Shown in pieces: positions 20,306 through 28,456 of a stretch of 64,000 nt of DNA. The stretch lies in IMG/VR virus record IMGVR_UViG_3300037193_002967, positions 1 to 64,000 of that record; one strand, written 5' to 3'. The notes beneath the pieces are model-generated. The model was not told the origin of the DNA and did no database searches. It worked only from the letters and a program-made list of their open reading frames with translations. The stretch is from a virus. Made by a program: the position numbers and the translations under genes. Numbering within the stretch: the stretch's first letter is position 1; each line of letters opens with the position of its first letter.

Positions 20306-21484
20306 ATGGAGGACAAATATACAAAGACACAACAGGAATTCTTAAATAAGGTAATTGAAGGAAAAAATATTTTCTTGACTGGGAATGCTGGGGCGGGTAA
20401 ATCATTCATACTAAAAGAAGCAAGAGATATTTTAACTGGTCTAAGACGTCCTGTAATCGTAGTGGCTCCTACGGGAATCGCTGCGACTAATGTCGATGGC
20501 GCAACTATTCATAGTATATTTCGAATAAATCCATACGGAATTCAAGATGAAACCACCGCAAATTGGGTGAGCCCAGCACGGCGCGAAGTTCTTCGCAAAG
20601 CAAGCGTAATAATATTTGATGAAGTGAGCATGTTGCGGCCGGATGTGCTAGATGCTACTCATTGGACATTAAAGAAAAATGGACTGGGTGGCCTTTGTAG
20701 ATACCAGATTATATTAGTCGGGGATATGATGCAACTCCCGCCTATTTTAAATGATAATGAACGTAGCATTTTGTATCGAAGCTATGATGGCGATACTTTT
20801 GAGTATGCTCATATTTACCCCGCGCTGAATATAGAACGCGTGGAATTGCTAGAAATAAAACGCCAAACTGATCCGGAATTCATTGCTGCTTTGAATGTAA
20901 TCAGAAATGGAGGTAAGCATAAGTACTTCAGGCAATTTATTCATACGGAGCCAGCAGGGATTATTTTAGCGCCACATATATCTACTGTTCAAAAATATAA
21001 TGAAGCGGGTCTAAATGATCAAAAAGGGGAACTTTTTACATTTAAAGCTACTATTGAAGGAAATGCAGAAGAAAAAGATTTTCATTTGGAGCCCGAGATA
21101 CGTGTTAAAAATGGATGCAAAATTATGTACCTGGCAAACAGCGAGGATAACCCGTTGCGAAATGGTACATTAGGAATTTTTGTAAGCCACGCAGGGTGCC
21201 ATTACATTCGTGTAGGCAATACGGATTTTGCCCTTGAGCCTGTAACTATTTCAAAAAAAGACTACGTATATGATAAGGAAAAAGATGATATCATTTTGAA
21301 AGACATAGGTAGCATTACTCAATATCCAATTAAGCTCGCATATGCTTTAACGATACATAAAAGCCAGGGATTAACATTTGATGAAGCGACAATTGACCTA
21401 CGAAGGCCAACTTTTGCAAAAGGCCAAATGTATGTTGCACTTAGTCGATTAAGCAAGCCCGAAGGATTAAGAATAATTATTTAA
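20306..21484 (+). CDS. PIF1/RecD-like SF1B helicase
   Basis: GNAGAGKS, APTGIAA, DEVSM, GDMMQLPP, YALTIHKSQG and YVALSR motifs. Confidence 0.92.
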   Translation: MEDKYTKTQQEFLNKVIEGKNIFLTGNAGAGKSFILKEARDILTGLRRPVIVVAPTGIAATNVDGATIHSIFRINPYGIQDETTANWVSPARREVLRKASVIIFDEVSMLRPDVLDATHWTLKKNGLGGLCRYQIILVGDMMQLPPILNDNERSILYRSYDGDTFEYAHIYPALNIERVELLEIKRQTDPEFIAALNVIRNGGKHKYFRQFIHTEPAGIILAPHISTVQKYNEAGLNDQKGELFTFKATIEGNAEEKDFHLEPEIRVKNGCKIMYLANSEDNPLRNGTLGIFVSHAGCHYIRVGNTDFALEPVTISKKDYVYDKEKDDIILKDIGSITQYPIKLAYALTIHKSQGLTFDEATIDLRRPTFAKGQMYVALSRLSKPEGLRIII

Positions 21485-21750
21485 TGGGCTGTAAAGGAAC
21501 CATACAGTTGATAAGAAGAGATGATGATTCTATTGTTAGAAGACAGGTTTATCATTCCTTTACCAAAAAGGAAGCTATTATTGAAACATGGAAAAAATTG
21601 TATGGTAAAAAATTTTATGAAATATTGAAGATAGTAGAAGTGCCTGAGCAGCGGCTTCGCAAGCAAAAGTCGGAAAAGAAAAATAAAGTTGCCAACTATG
21701 GCAAGCTTCATCGCAATCATAACACTTCAGGATTTAAAAAGAAATATTAA
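21484..21750 (+). CDS. Hypothetical basic protein
   Basis: Coupled ORF. Confidence 0.5.
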   Translation: MGCKGTIQLIRRDDDSIVRRQVYHSFTKKEAIIETWKKLYGKKFYEILKIVEVPEQRLRKQKSEKKNKVANYGKLHRNHNTSGFKKKY

Positions 21751-21772
21751 TTAAGTAATAAAAAGCAATCAC

Positions 21773-22252
21773 ATGTTTAACACTAAAGCGCAACAACAAC
21801 GAAAAATTCAACAAACCCACCACGAAATTGATACGAACCCCATGACACCTGAAGAATTAATGAAGCCACGGTATAAGGTAATCGCTGATTATCCACTAAG
21901 TAGATTTATAATAGGGTCTATTGTAGAAGGACAAAAAGGCAGATTTGATGAATGGTTTTTTGAAATAAATGGTAAAGAACTTCCATTCGACATAACACAA
22001 TACCCGCATCTCTTCAAAAAGCTGGAATGGTGGGAAGAAAGAAAGCTGGAAGAAATGCCGCAGTATGTGAAGGAATTCAATTCATTATATAAGATTGGGG
22101 AAGTCATAAAAGTTGCCGAATGGAACATGGGAGATGAAGAGCCCAATATACCTTGTTTTAGAGATGAGACGGATAATTCTTTTACATGGGTTCGTGGCTT
22201 TCATCCTGCCACCGAGGAAGAATATAATGCATACATAACTCAAATAACATGA
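21773..22252 (+). CDS. Hypothetical protein
   Basis: 'PRYKVIADYP...YPHLFKKLEWWEER' phage-type motif. Confidence 0.6.
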   Translation: MFNTKAQQQRKIQQTHHEIDTNPMTPEELMKPRYKVIADYPLSRFIIGSIVEGQKGRFDEWFFEINGKELPFDITQYPHLFKKLEWWEERKLEEMPQYVKEFNSLYKIGEVIKVAEWNMGDEEPNIPCFRDETDNSFTWVRGFHPATEEEYNAYITQIT

Positions 22253-23457
22253 AAAAACAATTGTTACTATTCATTCTTTTCTTAGTGGCCTTTATAGCGA
22301 ATGCGCAGACTTTTCCGATAAAGATCGACGCTATTCGATATGATGCGATGTTAGGAGTTGCTGTAGAAGAAAGTCTTGAGGGCGGAATGCATGTAACAAA
22401 TGTTAACGCCGGTGATTACATTGATTTCAAGATCAACATCCAAACCGACGCAGTGTATTTCTTCAAGGTGCGAACCGCTGGCCATGGTGGCATGCACGGT
22501 GGGATATTACAAATCCGTGATTCCGCCAATAGAATTTTGGGTACGATTAAAACGCCACCCACCCAAAATAAGCAAGCGTTTGCTATAGGAGCAGGCCGGA
22601 TTCGAATGCTTCCTGGATATAGAACCTACCGAATATACGCGATAACTGAAATCTTAAATTTCAAATCGATTGAAATTGATACGTCCAACTACCGGCACTA
22701 CATGACCTTCACGCCGCTGGTGGCCGGCAACAGCACCTGGGAGAATACCCATGATGTTAATGGTTGGATCAAAGAGATCAATAACGCCCGCCCTGCTGCC
22801 GCTACGATCGTCGAGAACCCCTTTGGGAAACCCGGCTGGGCGATGAAGTTCGAGCAGCGGAAGACTGATACCCCTGCGGCTGTGAGGGCTGAAATGAGGT
22901 TAACGAGTCTTTCTAATGAGCCGAGGGAGGGGTGGTGGAGTTGGAGTGAATACTTGCCATCTGAAGATTGGGCGGCGTCCGACCCGCATCAGGACGTTTC
23001 GGGGCAATGGCATGAGCGGCCAGATTTTCATTTAGGTGAAACATGGCGAAGCCCGCCAATTATGAAAAAAATTCAGAATGGAAAATATTGGGTGAATATT
23101 ATTTGGGCATCCGCTGCCGTCAACAGCAATCCATTCAGCTATGATGGACAGGCAACTATTGATTGTGGCCCTGTGTTGACTGATCAATGGGTTGATTGGG
23201 TATTTCACATTAAGTACGCTTACGACAATACCGGTATTCTGGAAGTCTGGAAGAATGGAGTTAAAGTGGTAGAAAGGATCAACATGCCGAACAGTTTCAA
23301 CGATGTTGATGTGCCGTATTTTAAGATCGGTGTATATAAAGGCGCATGGTGCTGCGCGGAATATCACGCCACATCCCCGGGCACGAAAAGAACTATATAT
23401 ATCCGCAACGTGAAAATAGGCAAACCGAATAGTTTTTATAATGAAATGAAACAGTAA
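22249..23457 (+). CDS. Secreted CBM6-like plus polysaccharide lyase-family protein
   Basis: Signal peptide 'MKKQLLLFILFLVAFIANA|Q'; CBM-like N-domain; 'RAE', 'QWH', 'WVDWVFHIK.....GILEVWKNG' and 'PYFKIGVYK' jelly-roll lyase motifs. Confidence 0.75.
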   Translation: MKKQLLLFILFLVAFIANAQTFPIKIDAIRYDAMLGVAVEESLEGGMHVTNVNAGDYIDFKINIQTDAVYFFKVRTAGHGGMHGGILQIRDSANRILGTIKTPPTQNKQAFAIGAGRIRMLPGYRTYRIYAITEILNFKSIEIDTSNYRHYMTFTPLVAGNSTWENTHDVNGWIKEINNARPAAATIVENPFGKPGWAMKFEQRKTDTPAAVRAEMRLTSLSNEPREGWWSWSEYLPSEDWAASDPHQDVSGQWHERPDFHLGETWRSPPIMKKIQNGKYWVNIIWASAAVNSNPFSYDGQATIDCGPVLTDQWVDWVFHIKYAYDNTGILEVWKNGVKVVERINMPNSFNDVDVPYFKIGVYKGAWCCAEYHATSPGTKRTIYIRNVKIGKPNSFYNEMKQ

Positions 23458-23464
23458 ACCAACA

Positions 23465-23737
23465 ATGACACTACCGAAGGAAACAATTGAAAGGATCAAT
23501 AAGGATGCAAATAAAATGTGGACTACTGATACGCCCCATATTGGATACCAATTTGGCCCCAAACAAAGAGCGTACATTTTTGGCCGCTGCCAGGAAGCTG
23601 AACGCGCCAGGGTATTGGTAGAGGCGTTGGAGAAGATCGGTACTTTCTTCCCGAACGTCGATAATGCCAAAGACATGAAACGTATTGCAATCGAAGCCCT
23701 TTCATCATACAATAAAACGCAGGAAGATGGGATATGA
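23465..23737 (+). CDS. Hypothetical protein
   Basis: ORF with 'LVEALEKI...IAIEAL' phage motif. Confidence 0.55.
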   Translation: MTLPKETIERINKDANKMWTTDTPHIGYQFGPKQRAYIFGRCQEAERARVLVEALEKIGTFFPNVDNAKDMKRIAIEALSSYNKTQEDGI

Positions 23738-24140
23738 TTTAATACCAAAAAACAAAAAGCTAGACTCGTTTTCTGTAGGATGGCTTACATGGCCAATGTT
23801 TCTTCAAGAAACAGGTATGGGGTATATATTAGGCTATGGAACAGGGATGAAGCCCGGCAGCTATGTTTATCAGGGTGGTAACAATGGATCACCATCATCA
23901 AATGATGGATATAAGGTTTCATCAAAAGAAGCGAAGATGATGGCGGCCGTTGCTCGTGGATATGTGTCAGTACAAAGGTATGTCAATAAAGAATGGGAAG
24001 CTATACCAGCCGAACAGTTACCTAGCTACGAAAATGCACAAGCAGGGATATATCGGGCCAAGATTCACGAAGATCATTTAGTGAAACTTGAAAAATTTGC
24101 TGACTTCGCAGAAGAATCGGGTGGCTTTTCAATTAATTAA
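23727..24140 (+). CDS. Hypothetical protein
   Basis: 'MGYDL...SNDGYKVS...FAEESGGFSI' phage family; ATG at 23727. Confidence 0.6.
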   Translation: MGYDLIPKNKKLDSFSVGWLTWPMFLQETGMGYILGYGTGMKPGSYVYQGGNNGSPSSNDGYKVSSKEAKMMAAVARGYVSVQRYVNKEWEAIPAEQLPSYENAQAGIYRAKIHEDHLVKLEKFADFAEESGGFSIN

Positions 24141-24152
24141 ACACCATCAACA

Positions 24153-24500
24153 ATGCAAAAGGAAACAATATTTGAAATGAATGAAGTGATTGCCCGGTTT
24201 ATGGCGCTTGAAGAACGACATGACGAGTGGCGAGCACCGCATCCAACCCTTGTATTTCTTTATGATAATGCGTGGACGCCAGTACCTCGACTAAAATACC
24301 ATTCATCATGGGATTGGATCATACCAGTTTGGATCAAGTTCAGAAAATTAGAGTTAGATAATAAATATTTTTCCGAATGGTGTAATAGTTTAAGCTGGTA
24401 TTTATATAGTTCGGACGAACCTTCTCGCTTTGCAGAAAGACTATATTATGCTATTCAATGGTATAATAAATACAGTAACTCGTACTCAAATTTGTGTTGA
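24153..24500 (+). CDS. Hypothetical protein
   Basis: 'NEVIARFM...KYHSSWDWIIPV' motif. Confidence 0.6.
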   Translation: MQKETIFEMNEVIARFMALEERHDEWRAPHPTLVFLYDNAWTPVPRLKYHSSWDWIIPVWIKFRKLELDNKYFSEWCNSLSWYLYSSDEPSRFAERLYYAIQWYNKYSNSYSNLC

Positions 24501-24581
24501 GTAAAGTGGAGTATAGTACTGCTATGTAATGTCGGGTGCCGTTCAGTGATGCGCCGTTATGTCTAGTATTGTAAAGTTTTT
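24495..24581 (+). ncRNA. (NGY-NN)n 5-nt periodic unit U0, putative guide RNA
   Basis: 17 consecutive GY dinucleotides exactly every 5 nt (24496-24577), ending in a T-run. Confidence 0.75.
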
Positions 24582-24596
24582 AAAACAATAAAGTAT

Positions 24597-25163
24597 ATGA
24601 TCTACACAGTAAAAATCGAAGGCGTTACGCCTTATATGCAACATCGCATGGACGATGTTAAATTAGCCGACTGGGAAAAGAACCGCAAACAGATCATCGA
24701 ACGTCCGGATGTGGCCCTCGAAGATGCAAAGCGGGCGGAATATCATTGTTACAGAAATAAAGATGGGCATTGCTATATCCCATCAGAACAGCTTAGAATA
24801 GCTATGATCAATGGAGGCACTTACTTAAAAAGTAAAGTTGGTACTAAAACCAAAAGTATGAAAGGCATTATTGCCGCTGTTCTTCAAATCACCCCTGAGC
24901 AAATATTGCTGCCAGATTATGATGAAATTGATAAAAGGTCAGCCGTAAATAAAAATGTTAAAGCCAGGGTAATGGTGATCCGCCCAAAATGGTCCCAGTG
25001 GGAAACCCAGTTTGATATGATCTTGGATAATGGGACTCTTACAAAAGAAATGCTTACAGAACTTGTAAATGTTACTGGTAATTATGTAGGCATCGGAAGT
25101 TATCGGCCTACTAACAATGGGTATTTTGGTAGATTCAAATTAAATGATATTTGCATAAAGTAG
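24597..25163 (+). CDS. Stand-alone RAMP/Cas7-like protein (Vipr-like)
   Basis: N-terminal 'VKIEGVTPYMQH', 'YIPSEQLRIAMING', 'IRPKW..WETQF' and C-terminal Gly-rich loop 'VGIGSYRPTNNGYFGRF' typical of the RAMP fold; no other cas genes nearby. Confidence 0.75.
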   Translation: MIYTVKIEGVTPYMQHRMDDVKLADWEKNRKQIIERPDVALEDAKRAEYHCYRNKDGHCYIPSEQLRIAMINGGTYLKSKVGTKTKSMKGIIAAVLQITPEQILLPDYDEIDKRSAVNKNVKARVMVIRPKWSQWETQFDMILDNGTLTKEMLTELVNVTGNYVGIGSYRPTNNGYFGRFKLNDICIK

Positions 25164-25253
25164 AGTGATGCGATGTTTTGCGGAGTAACGCAATGTTATG
25201 CTAAGTCACGTCAAGCGCAATGAAGTAACGTCCTGTACCGTATAGATTTTTTT
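25159..25253 (+). ncRNA. (NGY-NN)n periodic unit U1
   Basis: GY at 16 of 17 five-nt steps (25160-25241); ends CGT-AT-AGA-TTTTTTT. Confidence 0.75.
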
Positions 25254-25262
25254 AAATAATAA

Positions 25263-25352
25263 AGTAGCGTCGCGTTACGTTGGGCTAAGTTAGGTGGCTG
25301 TGATGTAGGGCAAGGTGTTGTGGGGCGAAGCGCAGTTTAGTATAGATTTTTT
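25263..25352 (+). ncRNA. (NGY-NN)n periodic unit U2
   Basis: 16 GY at 5-nt spacing with one 1-nt slip near 25298; ends AGT-TT-AGT-AT-AGA-TTTTTT. Confidence 0.75.
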
Positions 25353-25383
25353 AAATTTACTTAATTAAGATATTTTATTTTGT

Positions 25384-25490
25384 TGCGATGCAATGTTATG
25401 TCATGTAAAGAAATGTACGGTGGAGCAAAGTAATGTCAAGCCACGTGTAGTATCGTCAAGTCAAGAATAGTAAAGTTTAGTATTGATTTT
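25384..25490 (+). ncRNA. (NGY-NN)n periodic unit U3
   Basis: G at every 5th base from 25385 to 25485; ends AGT-TT-AGT-AT-TGA-TTTT. Confidence 0.75.
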
Positions 25491-25518
25491 ATAGCCACTA
25501 AAAATATTTTTATTATAC

Positions 25519-25648
25519 TGCTGTGCGTAGTTATGCGTGGCGGCGTAATGTTAAGTTGTGTAAAGTGGAGTTTAGTAAAATAAGGTGGAGTAAAGTAATG
25601 TCAGGCCACGTGTTGTATGGTAAGGTCAAGTTTAGTATAGATTTTTTT
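25519..25648 (+). ncRNA. (NGY-NN)n periodic unit U4
   Basis: GY at 23 of 24 steps (25520-25636); ends AGT-TT-AGT-AT-AGA-TTTTTTT. Confidence 0.75.
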
Positions 25649-25662
25649 CAAATAAAAGAACA

Positions 25663-26319
25663 ATGGAGAATAGCAAACTACCAGGTGAGGTAAAGAAAAA
25701 AATAAGGCATTCAGCACATCGAGCAACTGATGCCGAAGAAGCCCGCTTGAAACAGAAGAATATTGACTATGGCCGCATGATTAGCCATTTGGGTGGTTTT
25801 ACCGTTGGCCACATTGCTGGCGCTATTGAATGGGCAGAAAAATGGTGGGAGGTGTACGAGGAAAACGGAAGAATGGCAATGAAGGTTACTGAGCTGTGGG
25901 AAGAGAACGAGAATCTGAAGAAACAACTTAATCACTATGAACTTTTTGAAATAAATATCAAAGCTGGGATGCCTGAAAATGAGGCTTCATTCCAGTCTGG
26001 ATATACTTGTGGTCACGATGTCGCAGAGGATAAGTTAAAGAAGGAGAGCGAGAGGCTGAAGGCGGCACTGAATAAAATCATTAACGTATATCCATCGGTA
26101 ACTGGCGCTAACAGAATGCGTGATATAGCGGCCGAGGCACTGGCATCAAAGGGAAAGGAGGGAGAGAAAAAGATAGTGATAGGCGAAGCACCGGACCTGG
26201 GCGATTGCAAAGAGTGCAAGACAGCGAAAGCTGAACACGATTATAACGGCCATCAGTATTACGTCTGCAATACGTGCTTTGATCGGCTGTCCCGAGAATT
26301 CGAAGACGAATATCAGTAA
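25663..26319 (+). CDS. Hypothetical mosaic protein with C-terminal CxxC/CxxC zinc finger
   Basis: CKEC...CNTC. Confidence 0.6.
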   Translation: MENSKLPGEVKKKIRHSAHRATDAEEARLKQKNIDYGRMISHLGGFTVGHIAGAIEWAEKWWEVYEENGRMAMKVTELWEENENLKKQLNHYELFEINIKAGMPENEASFQSGYTCGHDVAEDKLKKESERLKAALNKIINVYPSVTGANRMRDIAAEALASKGKEGEKKIVIGEAPDLGDCKECKTAKAEHDYNGHQYYVCNTCFDRLSREFEDEYQ

Positions 26320-26341
26320 GCACTAAACAATCAAAACAATA

Positions 26342-26596
26342 ATGGATAAGCAACAATGCCCTGAGTTCCCGCATTTCGGCGCACGTTACCCAGATGCGCG
26401 GTGTATTGATGGGTATCTATGGGATCTGGATTCAGATAATGATGGCATGTTTACTCGTGGTGGTGATGATCCGTGCCCGTTCTGTAATACCGAACAGTAC
26501 ATTGAATTTCTTTTGGATGAGCATAACGGTGTAACTAGGTCACAGATTGAGCAGCACATCCAACAACTTAGAAACCGTTACCAGCACCCAGACTAA
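26342..26596 (+). CDS. Hypothetical protein
   Basis: 'FGARYPDARCIDGYLWDLDS...PCPFCN' phage family. Confidence 0.6.
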   Translation: MDKQQCPEFPHFGARYPDARCIDGYLWDLDSDNDGMFTRGGDDPCPFCNTEQYIEFLLDEHNGVTRSQIEQHIQQLRNRYQHPD

Positions 26597-26716
26597 CCCC
26601 TCAAAAAGATAAATAATGGAAAAGTTTTGGACCGCAGCGGGCATTGGAGTTGTCATCCTCTGCTTTCTTTTAGGTATGGCATTGATCATTTACATCACAA
26701 ACAAATATGATAAATA

Positions 26717-27826
26717 ATGGAACAATACCCAGGCTCATATTATCAACCACTTTTCGACTATATACATGACCAGCATGGCACTCTGCTATTAGAAAGTGAG
26801 TGTCAAGAAATTATTGAAATTGTCAATAAGATGCAAGCCACCCAGCCGCCATCCAATACAGCGGTAGAGGAAGAAACAGTACCCGATCTTTCTGCGGCAA
26901 CAGACCAGGAAAAGGCCGATTTTATTAATGGTCTTATCAAAATTGCGTCCCGGGAGATTTTAAAGGTCTTTGTTATGCTGGGATTAAAGAGCCATATCGA
27001 AACTACAGTTGTTAATGAAGCTACCGGAGACGCATTTCTATTTAGCTTTCGGAAGAAGGGAGCCGCATCCACCCCACAAGGTGCAGCAGACCCCGAAGCA
27101 CTAACCATTGCCGATTACGAAGAAGTCTTAGCCGATCACCGCCGCCTGGTTCGAGAATTGGATACCATCATCAACGGCGAGAATGCAGCCAAACAAGCCA
27201 GTTTATGCGATATGGTGAAACAGTTAGAGAATGAATGGCCGAAGAGGCGAGGGGCGGTATGGGTGAATGGTGTTAAATGGCCGGAGGGGAGGCATAATGA
27301 GGTACACTGGCGTACCGTTCGCGATAAACACCCGGTACTTGTGGTTGGCAGAAATCATGTTGATAACATCGTAGCTCAATTCGGGAAGGTTTATCTGCCG
27401 TCAGACCTCGAATACCTCGACGAAAGCGGACTCCAATTTACTCAGGGTGATGCGGTATGGGTGAAGGGTGATTATGAGCGGTTGTATCATCAGATAAAAA
27501 GTGGGAAGCGCACGGTGTGTTTTATAGATTATACCCCATTCGGGCAAGATAAAACCTTCCGGGATATATGCACCATCAGAGCCGAAACAATGGAATTCAC
27601 CTCACGCGGCCACGGGTATGGCGGCGGCAAGTACCAGGATGCGGTTTATGAGAAAAAAGAATTTTTGGAGGAATGTAAGAAATTGAACGTCGAATGGCTC
27701 GACGAATCCCCATCAAACCAAAGCGATGCGGTGGAGTTCTTAGATTATCTACAGAAACATGGTTTTTATCTTTCCCTCATTTATAGTAATGAACAACTAT
27801 ACGATCAATTCAAAAACCAACCATAA
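26717..27826 (+). CDS. Mosaic hypothetical protein (Ead/Ea22-like cassette protein)
   Basis: Repeated 'AVWV.G...E.LDES' module boundaries. Confidence 0.6.
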   Translation: MEQYPGSYYQPLFDYIHDQHGTLLLESECQEIIEIVNKMQATQPPSNTAVEEETVPDLSAATDQEKADFINGLIKIASREILKVFVMLGLKSHIETTVVNEATGDAFLFSFRKKGAASTPQGAADPEALTIADYEEVLADHRRLVRELDTIINGENAAKQASLCDMVKQLENEWPKRRGAVWVNGVKWPEGRHNEVHWRTVRDKHPVLVVGRNHVDNIVAQFGKVYLPSDLEYLDESGLQFTQGDAVWVKGDYERLYHQIKSGKRTVCFIDYTPFGQDKTFRDICTIRAETMEFTSRGHGYGGGKYQDAVYEKKEFLEECKKLNVEWLDESPSNQSDAVEFLDYLQKHGFYLSLIYSNEQLYDQFKNQP

Positions 27827-28017
27827 TGGCTAAACAAAAATTGACACCAGCGTATTGGCATGAAGCGTGTGATAGAACATTTTGTGTTCAACAAATAATT
27901 GATAATTTATTATCTCAGCATCCTGCTATTTCCCAAACCCCTCACTTAAAAATTAAGATTGAACAGTTACAAGAAATATTAAGTGAAATATACCAGGAAA
28001 CAGGAGCTAAAATGTGA
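27826..28017 (+). CDS. Hypothetical protein
   Basis: 'HEACDR' motif; coupled ORF. Confidence 0.5.
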   Translation: MAKQKLTPAYWHEACDRTFCVQQIIDNLLSQHPAISQTPHLKIKIEQLQEILSEIYQETGAKM

Positions 28018-28274
28018 TGGAACTACGATGCAAATATAAAGTTGCTTTTAGCAATAGCATTAAGGCATTAGCGGCACTGCAAAAACATAACTCTAAAAAT
28101 AAAGAGTTTAAATTTACAGGTTATTATTGTTGTCAATATTGCAAATTATGGCATTTAACATCGTTGCCCGCTCATAAATGGGCGTCACAGAAAAAATTTC
28201 ATGAAGATCGTATTAAAAATAATCAACTTGGTGATCCAGATAAAAGTAGACTTGGTAGAATGAAGAAAAAATGA
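28014..28274 (+). CDS. Small Zn-binding protein
   Basis: 'C..KV.F....A...Y.C..C..WHLTS' motif. Confidence 0.6.
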   Translation: MMELRCKYKVAFSNSIKALAALQKHNSKNKEFKFTGYYCCQYCKLWHLTSLPAHKWASQKKFHEDRIKNNQLGDPDKSRLGRMKKK

Positions 28275-28456
28275 GTTCTGAAAATCTTAATATTGATTAT
28301 CATAAGCAACAGCTGCTTTTAAAATCCTTAAATAAGTATCGGACTAAAGTTCAAGCCCGCGCTGCATTAGGTATCTCGGAAAAACAAATGTATACGTACA
28401 TAGAGAAATATAAAATTATTAAAAATAAAGAAGGCGAATATGTTCAACTTAAATAA
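28271..28456 (+). CDS. Fis-like HTH protein
   Basis: 'TKVQARAALGISEKQMYTYIEKY'. Confidence 0.65.
   Translation: MSSENLNIDYHKQQLLLKSLNKYRTKVQARAALGISEKQMYTYIEKYKIIKNKEGEYVQLK

Noticed and set aside
23032-23748. Long antisense ORF (238 aa) and other antisense or nested ORFs in the track
   Set aside because: They shadow well-supported genes on the opposite strand and carry no recognisable motifs.
24495-25648. Canonical CRISPR array next to the Cas7-like gene
   Set aside because: There are no 25-45 nt direct repeats with unique spacers, and no cas1/2/5/6. The order is a 5-nt phase pattern, reported separately.
25164-25662. Protein-coding or simple microsatellite explanation for the periodic tracts
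   Set aside because: Period 5 is incompatible with codon structure, no ORF of 60 aa or more is present, and three of the five positions vary from unit to unit.
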